64,000 nucleotides of DNA from an uncultured Methanoregulaceae archaeon. Its GTDB lineage: Archaea > Halobacteriota > Methanomicrobia > Methanomicrobiales > Methanospirillaceae. Positions 10,038-20,743 of this stretch are shown piece after piece. Numbering within the stretch: the first letter of the stretch is position 1; the number at the start of each line of letters is the position of its first letter. The stretch spans positions 64,001-128,000 of the forward strand of contig CAWJAX010000004.1 of assembly GCA_963841015.1 (NCBI GenBank), read 5' to 3'. The notes under the pieces are model-generated. The model was given only the letters and a program-made list of their open reading frames with translations, was not told the origin of the DNA and ran no database searches. Both the position numbers and the translations under genes were made by a program.

Positions 10038-10184
10038 ATCAAAATCATTCCTATTGTATCCGCAATTTTTGGGATATTCGAAATTTTTTGCTGGCTATTT
10101 TTTCCGGAAAACCCGGACCATGCATTGTGCTTTATGAGATAATCACACGCTGCTTATGTAAAAAAGTTTTGAAGAGATCCTGCA

Positions 10185-10922
10185 TCATGAACGGATTGTA
10201 TACGTGACCGATACCTGTGCAGTCACGGTAATATCCCCGGGCTGTATCGGTGTTGGCGCTGCCGATTTTACCATAGCGTCACCAGCCTGGTAGTTTTCAA
10301 ACAGTACCGGGGAATACCCTCCGCTGATATCGGCATTTTTAACTCCGGTAACCGAGGTACCGAGGGCAGCTGCAACGGTGTCAGCATCTGCGCGGGCACG
10401 GGAAACAGCTTCTTCGAGAGCTGCGGTTCGGAGTACCTGAGCCTGTTCATCGGAAAGCAGAAACTGAATTGAATTTGCCTGGTTTACCCCGTTGGCCACA
10501 GCGATATCAATCACTTCACCGGTCCTGTTTACATCATGGAGCGTGACCGTCAGGGAGTTTGTCACATGGTACGTTCGGACTTTCTGGTCCAGGAGAGGTT
10601 TTGTGTAGTCATCATATACCAGATAAATTGAATACCCGGTCGTTTTGAGCGCATCTTTTGGCAGACCTGCGGAAACGAGTGCATCGATCACCTTTTTCAT
10701 CTGCGCAGCATTTGCCTGCTGTGCGACTTTTACATCCGGATTCTCGGTACCGACGGCAAACGTAATCTGAGCCCTGTCAGGAGTGCCGATCACATTTCCG
10801 CTTCCGGTCGAGTGAATCACATTTTCGTCACAGGTTGCGGTCGTTGCAGCTGTAACGCTTCCGATGCATGCCATTCCCAGAATGACCATGAAAAGAGTAA
10901 GGGAAAAGATCTTTTTCATCAT
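10185..10922 (-). CDS. SIMPL (DUF541) domain exported protein
   Basis: Signal peptide MMKKIFS...; PDRAQITFAV, AVSRARADA and IQPGDITVTAQV motifs. Start trimmed from the longer ORF. Confidence 0.88.
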   Translation of the reverse strand: MMKKIFSLTLFMVILGMACIGSVTAATTATCDENVIHSTGSGNVIGTPDRAQITFAVGTENPDVKVAQQANAAQMKKVIDALVSAGLPKDALKTTGYSIYLVYDDYTKPLLDQKVRTYHVTNSLTVTLHDVNRTGEVIDIAVANGVNQANSIQFLLSDEQAQVLRTAALEEAVSRARADADTVAAALGTSVTGVKNADISGGYSPVLFENYQAGDAMVKSAAPTPIQPGDITVTAQVSVTYTIRS

Positions 10923-11055
10923 TATTATCACTTGAACTTGTCTGGATTGGAGTTTAATGATTACCTTAACTACGAAAAAACTGGCAGTTATCGATGCAAA
11001 CCTGCTGACTCCCAAACTACAATATAATTGAGCACTTATAGTACCCCGATAAAGC

Positions 11056-12307
11056 ATGGGAGCAACAATCGTAGAGAAAATATTTTCCCGGAAATGTGGC
11101 AGGGATATTCAGGCTGGTGAAGTAGTCATGTCGCCCCTTGATGGTGCGATGATCCATGATATTACCGGCCCCCTTGCGATCCAGAAGTTCTACGAGATGG
11201 GGGGATCAAAGGTTTTTAACCCCGAACGCGTTATCATGCTCTTTGATCACCAGATACCGGCAGACTCTATTCCCGCTGCGGAGAACCACGTCTACATGCG
11301 GAGATTTGCCGCAGAACAGAAGATCCACAATTATGATATCAATGAAGGGGTCTGCCATCAGGTAGTAGTGGAAAAAGGACGTGCAGCACCGGGCGAGATC
11401 GTGGTTGGGGCAGATTCCCATACCTGCATGTATGGGGCAGTCGGCGCATTTGCTACCGGCATCGGATCAACCGACATGGGATTTGTCCTGAAGTATGGCG
11501 CTCTGTACTTTAAAGTACCCTGAGACCATCCGTGCGGAGGTCTACGGAAAATTCCCCCGGCGTGTCGGGGCAAAAGACCTGATCCTCTCCATCGCAGCAG
11601 ACATTGGTGCCGATGGAGCAACCTACAAGGCGATAGAATTTGTTGGAAAGACTATCTCAAAAATGGATATGCCAGGGCGGATGACCTGCTGCAATATGGC
11701 CATTGAAATGGGAGCAAAAGCGGGTATAGTCGCTCCGGATAAAATCACCTGGGATTACATGAAAGGGAGGCGAAAAATGAAACCGTTCCCGCTGGAGAGC
11801 GATGAGGATGCAGACTATCTTGCAAAACGGTCCTACAACGTCTCGGATATGGAGCCACAGGTGGCAGTGCCACATAATGTGGATACCGGGGTTCCTGTAG
11901 GTGAAGTTGCCGGAACACCGGTAGACCAGGTGTTCATCGGTTCATGCACGAACGGGCGGTTTGAGGATCTGGAGGAGGCCGCTGAGGTACTGGGCAGGAA
12001 GAAGTTCAACCCGAATGTCAGGGTTATCATCATTCCGGCATCCCGGGATGAATATATCAAAAGCCTCCGCGCCGGCCTCATCGAAAAGTTCGTGAAAGCC
12101 GGATCACTCGTGGAAGCACCGTGTTGCGGTCCCTGTATGGGCGGAGCATTCGGGTTGCTGGCGCCAGGAGAGGTATCCCTGTCAACATCGAACCGGAACT
12201 TTAAGGGGAGACAGGGAAGCACTGAAGGTAAGGTGTACCTCTGCTCCCCGGCAACTGCTGCTGCAAGTGCAATCACCGGTGTGATCACTGATCCCCGGGA
12301 GGTCTGA
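11056..12307 (+). CDS. leuC: 3-isopropylmalate dehydratase large subunit (apparent +1 insertion at ~11518-11521)
   Basis: Two overlapping ORFs join into a full aconitase-family subunit: HDITGP, DH, EGVCH, GADSHTC | KVP/ETI | [23 protein letters not shown]. Confidence 0.88.
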
Positions 12308-12309
12308 GC

Positions 12310-12807
12310 ATGAGAACCTGGAAGTTTGGAGACGATATCGATACGGATGCAATAATACCGGGCAGGTTCCTGACGATTTATGATCCCAGAGAGCTGGCAA
12401 AGCACGCCTTTGAGGGCACAAGGGACGAATATGCAAAACAAGTAAAAGCGGGTGATATCGTTGTCGGAGGAAAAAATTTCGGCTGTGGATCTTCCCGTGA
12501 ACACGCCCCTCTTGCCTTCATAGGAGGGGGTGTCAGGGTCGTTGTCGCGCAATCGTTTGCCCGTATCTTCTTCCGGAATTCAATCAATGTCGGAGTGCTG
12601 CCCGTAATCTGTAAGGATGCTGACAAAATCGCTGATGGGGCAAAAGTTACCCTGAACCTCAAAAAGGGTTTCATTGATGCGGATGGGAAGAAATTTACGA
12701 TCGAACCGGTGCCGGAGTTTATGCAGGGAATCATCGATGCCGGTGGGCTTGTGGAATATGCAAAGAATCTGAAGGAATTACCGGTATGTACAAAATCGCA
12801 GCAATAG
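12310..12807 (+). CDS. leuD: 3-isopropylmalate dehydratase small subunit
   Basis: [21 protein letters not shown] and SFARIFFRN motifs. The loop reads FLTI and lacks the Arg of the homoaconitase YLRT motif. Confidence 0.85.
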   Translation: MRTWKFGDDIDTDAIIPGRFLTIYDPRELAKHAFEGTRDEYAKQVKAGDIVVGGKNFGCGSSREHAPLAFIGGGVRVVVAQSFARIFFRNSINVGVLPVICKDADKIADGAKVTLNLKKGFIDADGKKFTIEPVPEFMQGIIDAGGLVEYAKNLKELPVCTKSQQ

Positions 12808-13904
12808 GCGGAGACGGGATCGGCCCTGAGATCGTGGCCGAAGGGAAGAAGGTACTTGAGGCAGCAGGAGAGCGGTTCAATTTCGATATCCAGTGGACTG
12901 ATTTTGATCTCGGTGCCGACCGGTACATTCATTCAGGAAAACTGGTAACCGAGGATGAACTGGAAGAACTCTCGAAATTCAGGGCGATTTATTTTGGCGC
13001 TATTGGCGATGAGCGGGTGACACCAGGTATCCTTGAAAAAGGCATTCTCCTTGCGCTCCGCTTCCATTTCGACATGTACGTCAACCTCCGGCCCATAAAG
13101 CTCCTGAGTGGGGTAGAAACACCTTTAGCAAACAAGACTCCTGAGGATATTGATTTTGTCGTGGTCCGGGAGAACACCGAGGACTTCTATGTGGGAATCG
13201 GGTCGCGGTTTAAGAAGCACGAGAAGAAGGAACTGAACGTTGCCCGCGACATGTATAGTGTTAAATTTGGCCTTGACGTGGAGAGTGATGCCGAGGAAAT
13301 TGCCTACCAGATCGGGGTTATAACCCGCGAGGGGTCACGCCGGGTCCAGACCTATGCTTTTGACCTTGCTCAGGCACGGAATAAGAAGCTCACTTCAGTT
13401 GACAAGGCCAACGTGCTCTCGGAAGTATACGGACTGTGGCGGGATGTTTTCACAGAAACGAAAATAAAGTATCCCGATGTAACAACCGAATTCACTTTCG
13501 TTGATGCCATTACGATGTGGTTTGTTAAAAACCCTGAGTGGTTCGATGTTGTAGTTACCCCCAACATGTTTGGTGATATCATTACCGATCTTGGTGCAAT
13601 GATCCAGGGAGGGCTCGGACTTGCACCGGGAGGAAATATCAACCCGGAGGGTACCTCAATGTTTGAGCCCATTCACGGTTCAGCACCGAAGTACAGGAAT
13701 ATGGATGTGGCAAATCCCATCGCTACGATCTGGGCCGGGTCATTACTGCTCGACCACATTGGTGAGCCCCGGGCAGCTGCTGCGGTCATCGCTGCTATCG
13801 AGCAGAGCATAAAAGATGGAGTGGTAACAAAGGATATGGGCGGTACGGCACGGACAACAAAGGCAGGATCGTATATCGCCGAGTGCGTGAAGAAAGTAAG
13901 GTAA
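12786..13904 (+). CDS. leuB: 3-isopropylmalate dehydrogenase (isocitrate/isopropylmalate dehydrogenase family)
   Basis: [29 protein letters not shown] and FEPIHGSAP motifs; operon with leuCD. Confidence 0.88.
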   Translation: MYKIAAIGGDGIGPEIVAEGKKVLEAAGERFNFDIQWTDFDLGADRYIHSGKLVTEDELEELSKFRAIYFGAIGDERVTPGILEKGILLALRFHFDMYVNLRPIKLLSGVETPLANKTPEDIDFVVVRENTEDFYVGIGSRFKKHEKKELNVARDMYSVKFGLDVESDAEEIAYQIGVITREGSRRVQTYAFDLAQARNKKLTSVDKANVLSEVYGLWRDVFTETKIKYPDVTTEFTFVDAITMWFVKNPEWFDVVVTPNMFGDIITDLGAMIQGGLGLAPGGNINPEGTSMFEPIHGSAPKYRNMDVANPIATIWAGSLLLDHIGEPRAAAAVIAAIEQSIKDGVVTKDMGGTARTTKAGSYIAECVKKVR

Positions 13905-14010
13905 TATTTTTTTTCGAATAATGTAATTTATTCAGCTTGGTAGAATAGGCTGGATTGATTCTTTATCTTTTTTCACCGTTGAACCGCCAGCCTTGCCAAA
14001 ACCACGGGTT

Positions 14011-15033
14011 TTAGTCCCGGATGAGCTTTTTTAAGTCTTTGGGAAGTTCAGGAAATTCTTCATCCTCATCCTCTTCTGAGCCGCCTGATATAATATACCT
14101 GAAATAATTAACCGGCCCTTTTGTACCAGAAGATGTAACTTGAGTCTCAGTGCGTTTTTTGACACCGAAATCCCTGAAGAGATCTTCAGCCTCTGCTACT
14201 GCTTCCTCCACCAGCTTTTTCTCGGTAATATCAATTATGGAGCCCACAATTGAGACGGTTTTGCCGTTCTTTACAACCGGAATCTCGTTGACTTCAACCC
14301 AGATGATGCGTCCATCCTTTCCGTTAATCTCAAGCCGGTAGGGTGGTTCCCGTCTCCCGGATGAAATTGCCCTGATCGTTCGCTCAAGACCCACGGCATT
14401 CACCGGATTATCGGTCAGGTAATCAGTCCACACGCGTTTTCCAGCATACCGATGGCAACCCAGGAGTGTGCGAATTCTCGGACTGACGAATGTCACCACA
14501 TGATCAGGATTATGGGAATAGTACATCTGGTTCCCACTCTCAAGAACGAACATCAGCTCGTCATCTTTCTTTTTAATTGCCTTCTGATCATGTTTGATTC
14601 GGGTGATATCACGACCGGATGCAACGATTGCCAGAACCGTAGTCCCATTTTCAAGAATCGAATGCGCCGACCAGCTGATGCATCGCATACCTTTTGGTGT
14701 ATGTATCCACTGTTCAACAGTACAGGAAAACGGGGGCCGGAAAAGTTTGGTCATCTGCGTGGCAATAACATCAGAATAACGTTCCCCGGTAACCGGCATG
14801 AAAACGCTGCCGATAAGGTCCTCCCGGGTTTTCCCGAGTATATCGCAGTACGCGGAATTTACATAAAGAAGACGACCCTCCGGACTGAACTTGACGATAA
14901 GATCCTGCAACGACTCGACAAGGTCCTGGTAAAAATGCTCCGTATCTGCGATGATTCCCGCCCCCTTCATGCGTTGTTGAACAAGATGTTCCCTTTCATA
15001 AAAAAAGGTAACTCTCTCTTTACTCAGGATCAT
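14011..15033 (-). CDS. Tandem PAS/PAC-domain sensor protein without output domain
   Basis: Two PAS-PAC units ending in GRDIT and IIDITEKK; acidic C-terminal tail. Confidence 0.85.
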   Translation of the reverse strand: MILSKERVTFFYEREHLVQQRMKGAGIIADTEHFYQDLVESLQDLIVKFSPEGRLLYVNSAYCDILGKTREDLIGSVFMPVTGERYSDVIATQMTKLFRPPFSCTVEQWIHTPKGMRCISWSAHSILENGTTVLAIVASGRDITRIKHDQKAIKKKDDELMFVLESGNQMYYSHNPDHVVTFVSPRIRTLLGCHRYAGKRVWTDYLTDNPVNAVGLERTIRAISSGRREPPYRLEINGKDGRIIWVEVNEIPVVKNGKTVSIVGSIIDITEKKLVEEAVAEAEDLFRDFGVKKRTETQVTSSGTKGPVNYFRYIISGGSEEDEDEEFPELPKDLKKLIRD

Positions 15034-15088
15034 CTGTTGCAGGACTATTAATGTTGTACGATTTGAGCAAATACAGGTTCACTCAGGA

Positions 15089-15505
15089 TTAGACTGTTAC
15101 TGATATCCGTTTCTGATCCTGAGATACTTTTCGCGTCCTGTACAGCTGCAGGGTCTGTTTCGGTATTTTCATGATGAAAGCATGCCGATCTTTTCCGTAC
15201 ATAACGTTTCGGAGTGCTCTGAGGGAAACGGTGAAACATCCGTCATTGAAAAGATCAATATTCAGGGCTTTTCCTGACACGGAGATCTGGGCAAGACCGC
15301 AGGTGGATCCCAGATAATAATTCCAGTTATGGGTCAGCTCTTCGACCTGGACAAATACCCGGCCGGTAATAGCACCGGCAAGACCGTCTCTGCGAATTGC
15401 ATATCGTAGACCATGGATATGTATCTCGATTACTTCGTGCATGACCCCGTCATTGTCAAATGCCCTGATTCCGGTCCTTTGGAGATATCCTGCTTTTTCC
15501 ATCAT
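15089..15505 (-). CDS. Hypothetical protein
   Basis: 138-aa ORF co-oriented with its neighbours, with a GAAGGTGG-like RBS upstream; no recognised motif. Confidence 0.6.
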   Translation of the reverse strand: MMEKAGYLQRTGIRAFDNDGVMHEVIEIHIHGLRYAIRRDGLAGAITGRVFVQVEELTHNWNYYLGSTCGLAQISVSGKALNIDLFNDGCFTVSLRALRNVMYGKDRHAFIMKIPKQTLQLYRTRKVSQDQKRISVTV

Positions 15506-15644
15506 ACACGACCACCTTCTGTCGTACTACGGCGTTGGGATTATGGGTATATAATCCATCAGCCTGCGCGGGGTGAAAGTGATCACAGGGTTCTTCGGGA
15601 GGGATGGCAACGACAATCGGAAATGTCATGAAACGCTTTCTTTG

Positions 15645-16766
15645 TTATTTTTCCCGGTCCATGCATGCATTCAGGACATTCTCGACAAAGGAAAGGGTGC
15701 CGGTAATACCTGCAACAGAATGCGGGGCCAGCTTCACCATCCCCCTGAGTGGGGGTGTAAGCCCGACAAAAGCAGCCTTGCTTTCCACAGACCGCTCAAA
15801 CGAGGACCCTATGACGAGATCAGGATTAAACTGCCGGATAAGTGACGTTACACGGGAAAAACCCTGCACGTGCTCACCCGGATAGGAAGAGATGCCTGGT
15901 TCGTTGCGGGAACCAACATACAGGATATCTGCATCAAGGTAATGCTTCAGGGTCCTCGCTGCAAATGTTGCATACGAAAAACCACCAAAAATGATTGCCT
16001 GAGGGGGATTGAACCTGCGGAGATATTTATCACATGCCCTGACAATTCTTTCATCTTCCCGCTCAATTTCTTCGTTAACCGGACTGATATCTGCTTCCGG
16101 ATATACCAGGGCAATTTTCTTAAATGTAGCACGTATTTCTTCAAATCCGAGCGTGCCTCCAAGCCACGTTCCGACACCACTGGAAAAATCCATGTTTGTT
16201 CCCATTGTATACCTGGCTGCATGCCCCACACGCTCAAGCCGGTCCGAGCAAAAAACAGTGCCCACGGATACTGATGCACAGCCCAGCAACCGCACAATTT
16301 CCCGCACATTACCGCAGGAAAATGGATCGAAAAGACAGGCGCCATCAATATTTATCCCTTCTACACCTGGATCAACCATCGGTTCAAGAACGGAGAGTGC
16401 CTTTTTATATCCTGTCTCTACATCTCCCGAAAAACCCGGGCTGTCAACAAGGATCACATCGTACTCTTTGAGCATCGACCGTACATCCTCACCAAGTATT
16501 GCGGGAACGCAGGTCATAACCACAGCAATCTTTTTGCTCTTCTCAGAAAGCCCGTCAAGCACTTCATGAAGTCGCTGCTCTGAACCGAAAATTACCTCGT
16601 TCTCCATGATAAAGGTGCCATGGAGGGGAACATGGAGGAGCGTTGCAGGATAAAAGTAGCATCCGCTCGACCCATGGATCACCACAGTTATACCCTCAAA
16701 ACCCGCCAGACATGCTGCAGCTCCGGTCATAGCACATGGCCAGAGGGGATTTTCGCAGTCAGGCAT
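15645..16766 (-). CDS. Nitrogenase component-1-like oxidoreductase, subunit 2 (NifK/NflK-like, ~373 aa)
   Basis: Likely start [15 protein letters not shown] overlaps the upstream stop. HGSSGC, ENEVIFG and TCVPAILGED motifs (three Cys). Confidence 0.85.
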   Translation of the reverse strand: MPDCENPLWPCAMTGAAACLAGFEGITVVIHGSSGCYFYPATLLHVPLHGTFIMENEVIFGSEQRLHEVLDGLSEKSKKIAVVMTCVPAILGEDVRSMLKEYDVILVDSPGFSGDVETGYKKALSVLEPMVDPGVEGINIDGACLFDPFSCGNVREIVRLLGCASVSVGTVFCSDRLERVGHAARYTMGTNMDFSSGVGTWLGGTLGFEEIRATFKKIALVYPEADISPVNEEIEREDERIVRACDKYLRRFNPPQAIIFGGFSYATFAARTLKHYLDADILYVGSRNEPGISSYPGEHVQGFSRVTSLIRQFNPDLVIGSSFERSVESKAAFVGLTPPLRGMVKLAPHSVAGITGTLSFVENVLNACMDREK

Positions 16767-17778
16767 GGATTGCACGCCTCCACCTGTGGAGCATCCGCAT
16801 GACACCGGTTGTCCCCACGGGGGGTGATATCTCCAGGGGAACCCTGCATCCATCACGATCAATCGTAATATCGATCTCGTCTGCAATTTCGCAGGCCAGC
16901 CTGAAGGTATCAGAATCCTTAAGGGCAGGATCAAATGCTATGGAGGTACCGGTTATATCGTTAAATTCCGTAAGGATCTCTTCCTGCAGGACTTTTTCCT
17001 CGTGTACGGCTCGCAGGTATTTCACACCAAAACTATCTGCAACCGATTCGAGAAAGCTGATTGTCCCTGAAAGTCCAACCGGAAAGGATGGAATAAAAGG
17101 TGTAGCGAATCGTTGGTGAAGCCGTTCTCCGACAGGACGCAGATCATCGTCACGGAGAATGTTGAGCCGCGCAGCACCGAGACGGGTTATGTCAGTCATG
17201 GAACAGTCCCGCACGAACCGCAGATTTACGGATATGCCGAGTGCGGAAAGTAACCGGGAAACTTCTGCATAGTTCTCTTCAACTTCATATTCGAGATTTT
17301 TTTCACCGATAATATTCACGCACCAGCCCTTTGTGCAGGGTTCAGCGGTATCAGCGAGGGCATTGAGGGCATTATTCACGCCATTCTGGAAAGTACCCCC
17401 AAGGAATCCCCCGCTTGGAACCGGGAGAACAGGCACTCCACGGTCCCTGCGGCAGAGAGCTGCAACGTCATCGCCAATAGTGTCAGCGATGCAGGTTGAA
17501 AGAACGAAAACAGCGCCAATATGTCGCTTTGCAACCGCATCGAGAGTCCTTTCGAGCGCCGCTTCACCACCAAAAATAATATCACTTTCGGATAACCCTG
17601 TTGAGATCAAATCCGGCATGGTAATATGATCGTTATTAAACCCCGTTGCATGTAAAAGAGAAAAGTTATGATGGGTGCACCCTTTCGGCCCGTGTATTAT
17701 GGTAACGCTATCCCGTACATGGGTCGTCACCGAGAGTGCTCCGGTAAGCGTGCACCCCCCGTACCTAGATATATTCAA
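16759..17778 (-). CDS. Nitrogenase component-1-like oxidoreductase, subunit 1 (NifD/NflD-like, ~340 aa)
   Basis: [38 protein letters not shown] and VNIIGE motifs. Start uncertain (TTG 17778, ATG 17799 or 17808). Confidence 0.85.
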   Translation of the reverse strand: MNISRYGGCTLTGALSVTTHVRDSVTIIHGPKGCTHHNFSLLHATGFNNDHITMPDLISTGLSESDIIFGGEAALERTLDAVAKRHIGAVFVLSTCIADTIGDDVAALCRRDRGVPVLPVPSGGFLGGTFQNGVNNALNALADTAEPCTKGWCVNIIGEKNLEYEVEENYAEVSRLLSALGISVNLRFVRDCSMTDITRLGAARLNILRDDDLRPVGERLHQRFATPFIPSFPVGLSGTISFLESVADSFGVKYLRAVHEEKVLQEEILTEFNDITGTSIAFDPALKDSDTFRLACEIADEIDITIDRDGCRVPLEISPPVGTTGVMRMLHRWRRAIHA

Positions 17779-18577
17779 TGGCAAGGGATTCGAGGTCATC
17801 AATTTCAAGGGGGGTCGGGATAGAGAACCGGGTGTTTTTCATAATACGTGCTGCAAGGGACCTGTACTGTGCTGCCTGATCAGAGTCCGGATCATACTCA
17901 AGCACCGTCTTCCGGTTGAGTTCTGCAAGCTGCACAACACGATCCCGGGGGATATACTGTATAAGTGAACTGTTCACCCGCTGTGCAAATTCACTCACGA
18001 GCTCTTCTTCGCGAGGCTGGTTCTTTGCATTACAGATAACCCCGGCAAGCCGGCACGTGCTTTTTGTCCTTGAGGAAAGGCGTTTTATCGCCTTACAGAT
18101 ATTATTCGCAGCGTACAGCGACATTAACTCCCCGGAAGTAACGAGGTAGATATCCTGAGCATAACCCTCACGCATGGGCATGGCAAATCCACCACAGACG
18201 ACATCCCCGAGGACATCATACACGATGACATCCCCTTTGAGTGCCCCGAATTTCTCAAGAAGCTGGAACGTGGCGATAATCCCCCGTCCGGCACACCCGA
18301 CACCTGGTTCCGGTCCTCCCGCCTCAACACACCGTACCCCGTTAAAACCAGTATACACGATATCTGAAAGAGAGAGTGCGGCTTCACCCCGGACCCTGAC
18401 CAGATCCATGACAGTGGGAATGAATGTCCCGTGCATCAGCATACGTGTGCTGTCCCGTTTGGGGTCGCATCCGATCTGCATGATATCCAGGCCCTGAAGG
18501 GAAAGAGCAGCGGACAGATTCGCCGAGGTAGTTGATTTCCCGATGCCTCCCTTTCCATACAGGGCTATCTGCTTCAT
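17765..18577 (-). CDS. NifH-like Fe protein (nitrogenase reductase family, non-canonical)
   Basis: [34 protein letters not shown] and [11 protein letters not shown] motifs. Confidence 0.92.
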   Translation of the reverse strand: MKQIALYGKGGIGKSTTSANLSAALSLQGLDIMQIGCDPKRDSTRMLMHGTFIPTVMDLVRVRGEAALSLSDIVYTGFNGVRCVEAGGPEPGVGCAGRGIIATFQLLEKFGALKGDVIVYDVLGDVVCGGFAMPMREGYAQDIYLVTSGELMSLYAANNICKAIKRLSSRTKSTCRLAGVICNAKNQPREEELVSEFAQRVNSSLIQYIPRDRVVQLAELNRKTVLEYDPDSDQAAQYRSLAARIMKNTRFSIPTPLEIDDLESLAIEYI

Positions 18578-18729
18578 CACCGTACTATGGTACGGCAATT
18601 TATATTAGATCTCCTGATGTTAAGAAAAGTAAAGTTGCGTTGATTTTTTTGGTATGTTCTTCCCCATTTATTTTAAAAAGGAAAATACCAAAAAAAGGAG
18701 GATTCCTTTATCGGTAATTTCTCGTAGAT

Positions 18730-19725
18730 TTATGATAGATAGACTGGAGGAGGTATTTGTATAAAGCGGGCAGCATTCTTCAGGCTGAAAATATGTTTAT
18801 ATGCCAATTCAATTTGTCGTTTACTCAGTTTCGTGCTTTTTTGGACTATATCTGCAGGCAGATGGTTTTCATCAGCATATAAAAGCTGGTCGAGGATAGT
18901 ATAGGGTAACCTCATGGAAATTTCTTCGTCCGATGTGTAGTGACTCCAGGTGTCCGGGCTTGGTGCCCTTGCTATGATCCTTTTGTCAACATGTAATAAT
19001 TCTGCAAGTTTATAGACCTGTGATTTATAGCAATTTGCAATAGGTTCCAGATCAACTCCCCCGTCTCCATACTTTACGAAAAATCCTGTGAGCGATTCAG
19101 TTTTATTCGTAGTTCCACATACGGCATAATTCCTTTTCTCAGCATGCATGTACTCAACAATCATCCGTGTTCTCTGTTTCACATTCTGGAGACTAAGAAC
19201 GGTAAAGAACTGTTGTGCGGTCAATCGTTTTGTGCCGATGGTTTTTCCGTTTTTCAACAGAATAAGCGAGGGTATATTGAGCATTTCCGCAGATGCCATC
19301 ATTGAGGGGCGCAATAATGATGTGGTATGATATGCCGGATCATACCCGGGGAACAACTCGCGGATCAGTGATTCTTTTTTAGAATAGATATTGAATGCTT
19401 CAAGCATGGGGGTGATCGGAACTTCCTCATACCTGATTTTTAACGCTTTACAATGATCTATCCCCAGTTCCCTGCTGGAAGGAGCCGATTCCTTCTCTGG
19501 AAGGATTAGGCCGTATACCCTCTCAGGGCCTAGAGCATCAACGGAAAGAGCCGCAATTACTGCAGAATCAATTCCTCCTGATACACCAATCACAATGCCA
19601 TCTTTCTTAAACTGATCACGTACTGTTTGCTTAATAAAAGTGGATAATTTTTCTTTGAGATCTTCACTATTTTTAAGCATCTCTTTTTTTATATCAAACC
19701 CGTCTTTAAAGGTTCTTTTAACCAT
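18730..19725 (-). CDS. nadE: NAD+ synthetase-like N-type ATP pyrophosphatase (NadE paralogue with insertion)
   Basis: GVSGGIDS, NVKQRTRM, GTTNKTE, GFFVKYGDGGVD, YKSQV and APSPD motifs. Confidence 0.8.
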   Translation of the reverse strand: MVKRTFKDGFDIKKEMLKNSEDLKEKLSTFIKQTVRDQFKKDGIVIGVSGGIDSAVIAALSVDALGPERVYGLILPEKESAPSSRELGIDHCKALKIRYEEVPITPMLEAFNIYSKKESLIRELFPGYDPAYHTTSLLRPSMMASAEMLNIPSLILLKNGKTIGTKRLTAQQFFTVLSLQNVKQRTRMIVEYMHAEKRNYAVCGTTNKTESLTGFFVKYGDGGVDLEPIANCYKSQVYKLAELLHVDKRIIARAPSPDTWSHYTSDEEISMRLPYTILDQLLYADENHLPADIVQKSTKLSKRQIELAYKHIFSLKNAARFIQIPPPVYLS

Positions 19726-19830
19726 AGTTCACCATATTTTAATATACTTGTTACTAGAAATACTATACCAAACACTTTATTTAAACATTTGCCTTACACT
19801 TCAATTATATAGCAAACGATGTGAACCACC

Positions 19831-20079
19831 ATGAATGAAATACAAGGAGATATACTGGAATTTTTGAAAACGCAGGGATTTCTGAATGAAAAAATTTCAT
19901 TACAGGAAAACGACTCCTTATCAGAAACGGGTGTAATCGATTCAATCACCTTACTTCAGCTTATTGATTTCCTTGAGAGTAAATATCACATTCAAATTCC
20001 TGTAGAAATGATAACTCCTGAAAATTTTGATACCCTGGCCGGAATCAGTCAATCGGTCATGAAATTGAAAAAAAGCTGA
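19831..20079 (+). CDS. Acyl carrier protein (phosphopantetheine-binding)
   Basis: 82 aa, acidic; GVIDSITLLQLIDFLE contains the carrier-Ser motif; C-terminal ITPENFDTL. Confidence 0.88.
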   Translation: MNEIQGDILEFLKTQGFLNEKISLQENDSLSETGVIDSITLLQLIDFLESKYHIQIPVEMITPENFDTLAGISQSVMKLKKS

Positions 20080-20275
20080 ATAAAAAACTGCAGGGTTCTG
20101 ACATATGAAGAACCGGAGATGATCTCATCGCAGATACCTGCCTGTTGACCGCTGGCTTTTCCAACAATTATTTGTGATCAGCATATCTTTTTATCAGGAT
20201 GGGACACTGTTCATTCTCCCGATGATATTATATTTCATATCATTTGGAGCCGGTATTTTGTTCTTTAAGATACTG

Positions 20276-20481
20276 AACCGGGGAGAACCGCTAAAAAAAC
20301 ATTGAATCCCGGTTGGCTTCATCCCACCGGTTTATCCACCCCACAATGCGATCACTCCACAAAAAGGAAATATATCATCATTCCAGGTGCAGGGATGTAA
20401 GGAGGTACAGGCCCAAATCCCTGCTCTGCCTTACCTGTGCCTTTTATTGCCTGCCCGGGATAAACGGGATTCTCCAAAGTC
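20276..20481 (+). mobile_element. Divergent MITE-like copy F (family 1/2-related)
   Basis: GGCTTCATCCCACC...CCCCACAATGCGATCA, GGAGGTACAGGC and a TIR-like right end GGATTCTCCAAAGTC; strongly diverged. Confidence 0.5.
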
Positions 20482-20516
20482 AGAACCTGAGTTTTTTTAA
20501 AAAACATATTTTTTTT

Positions 20517-20724
20517 GGCTCTGGAGAATTCCTTTTCCATGGATATGAAATTCAAGATGCTGGTACGAATGAAGGAGGGGAGAGTGCCTGTCCCCCCATG
20601 ACGCCCCTGCTCTTAGCGATCATACCAGGCACCTGTTCGGCAGTTATCGCATCGGGGGAGCCACAGCGGCGGGGGTGAAACCCCCTTGAGCGTTTGGTTT
20701 GTAATTGAGCATTTCTGCAAAGCA
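20517..20724 (-). mobile_element. MITE-like repeat family 1, copy B
   Basis: Begins with TIR GGCTCTGGAGAATTCC, carries the full core, ends with GAGCATTTCTGCAAAGC; flanked by T-runs. Confidence 0.85.
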
Positions 20725-20743
20725 TTTTTTTAAACGGAATATT

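Noticed and set aside
15645-18577. Calling the cluster nifHDK or cfbCD
   Set aside because: The subunits are too short, lack an evident FeMo-cofactor Cys and nif accessory genes, and neither has the CfbD N-terminal motif.
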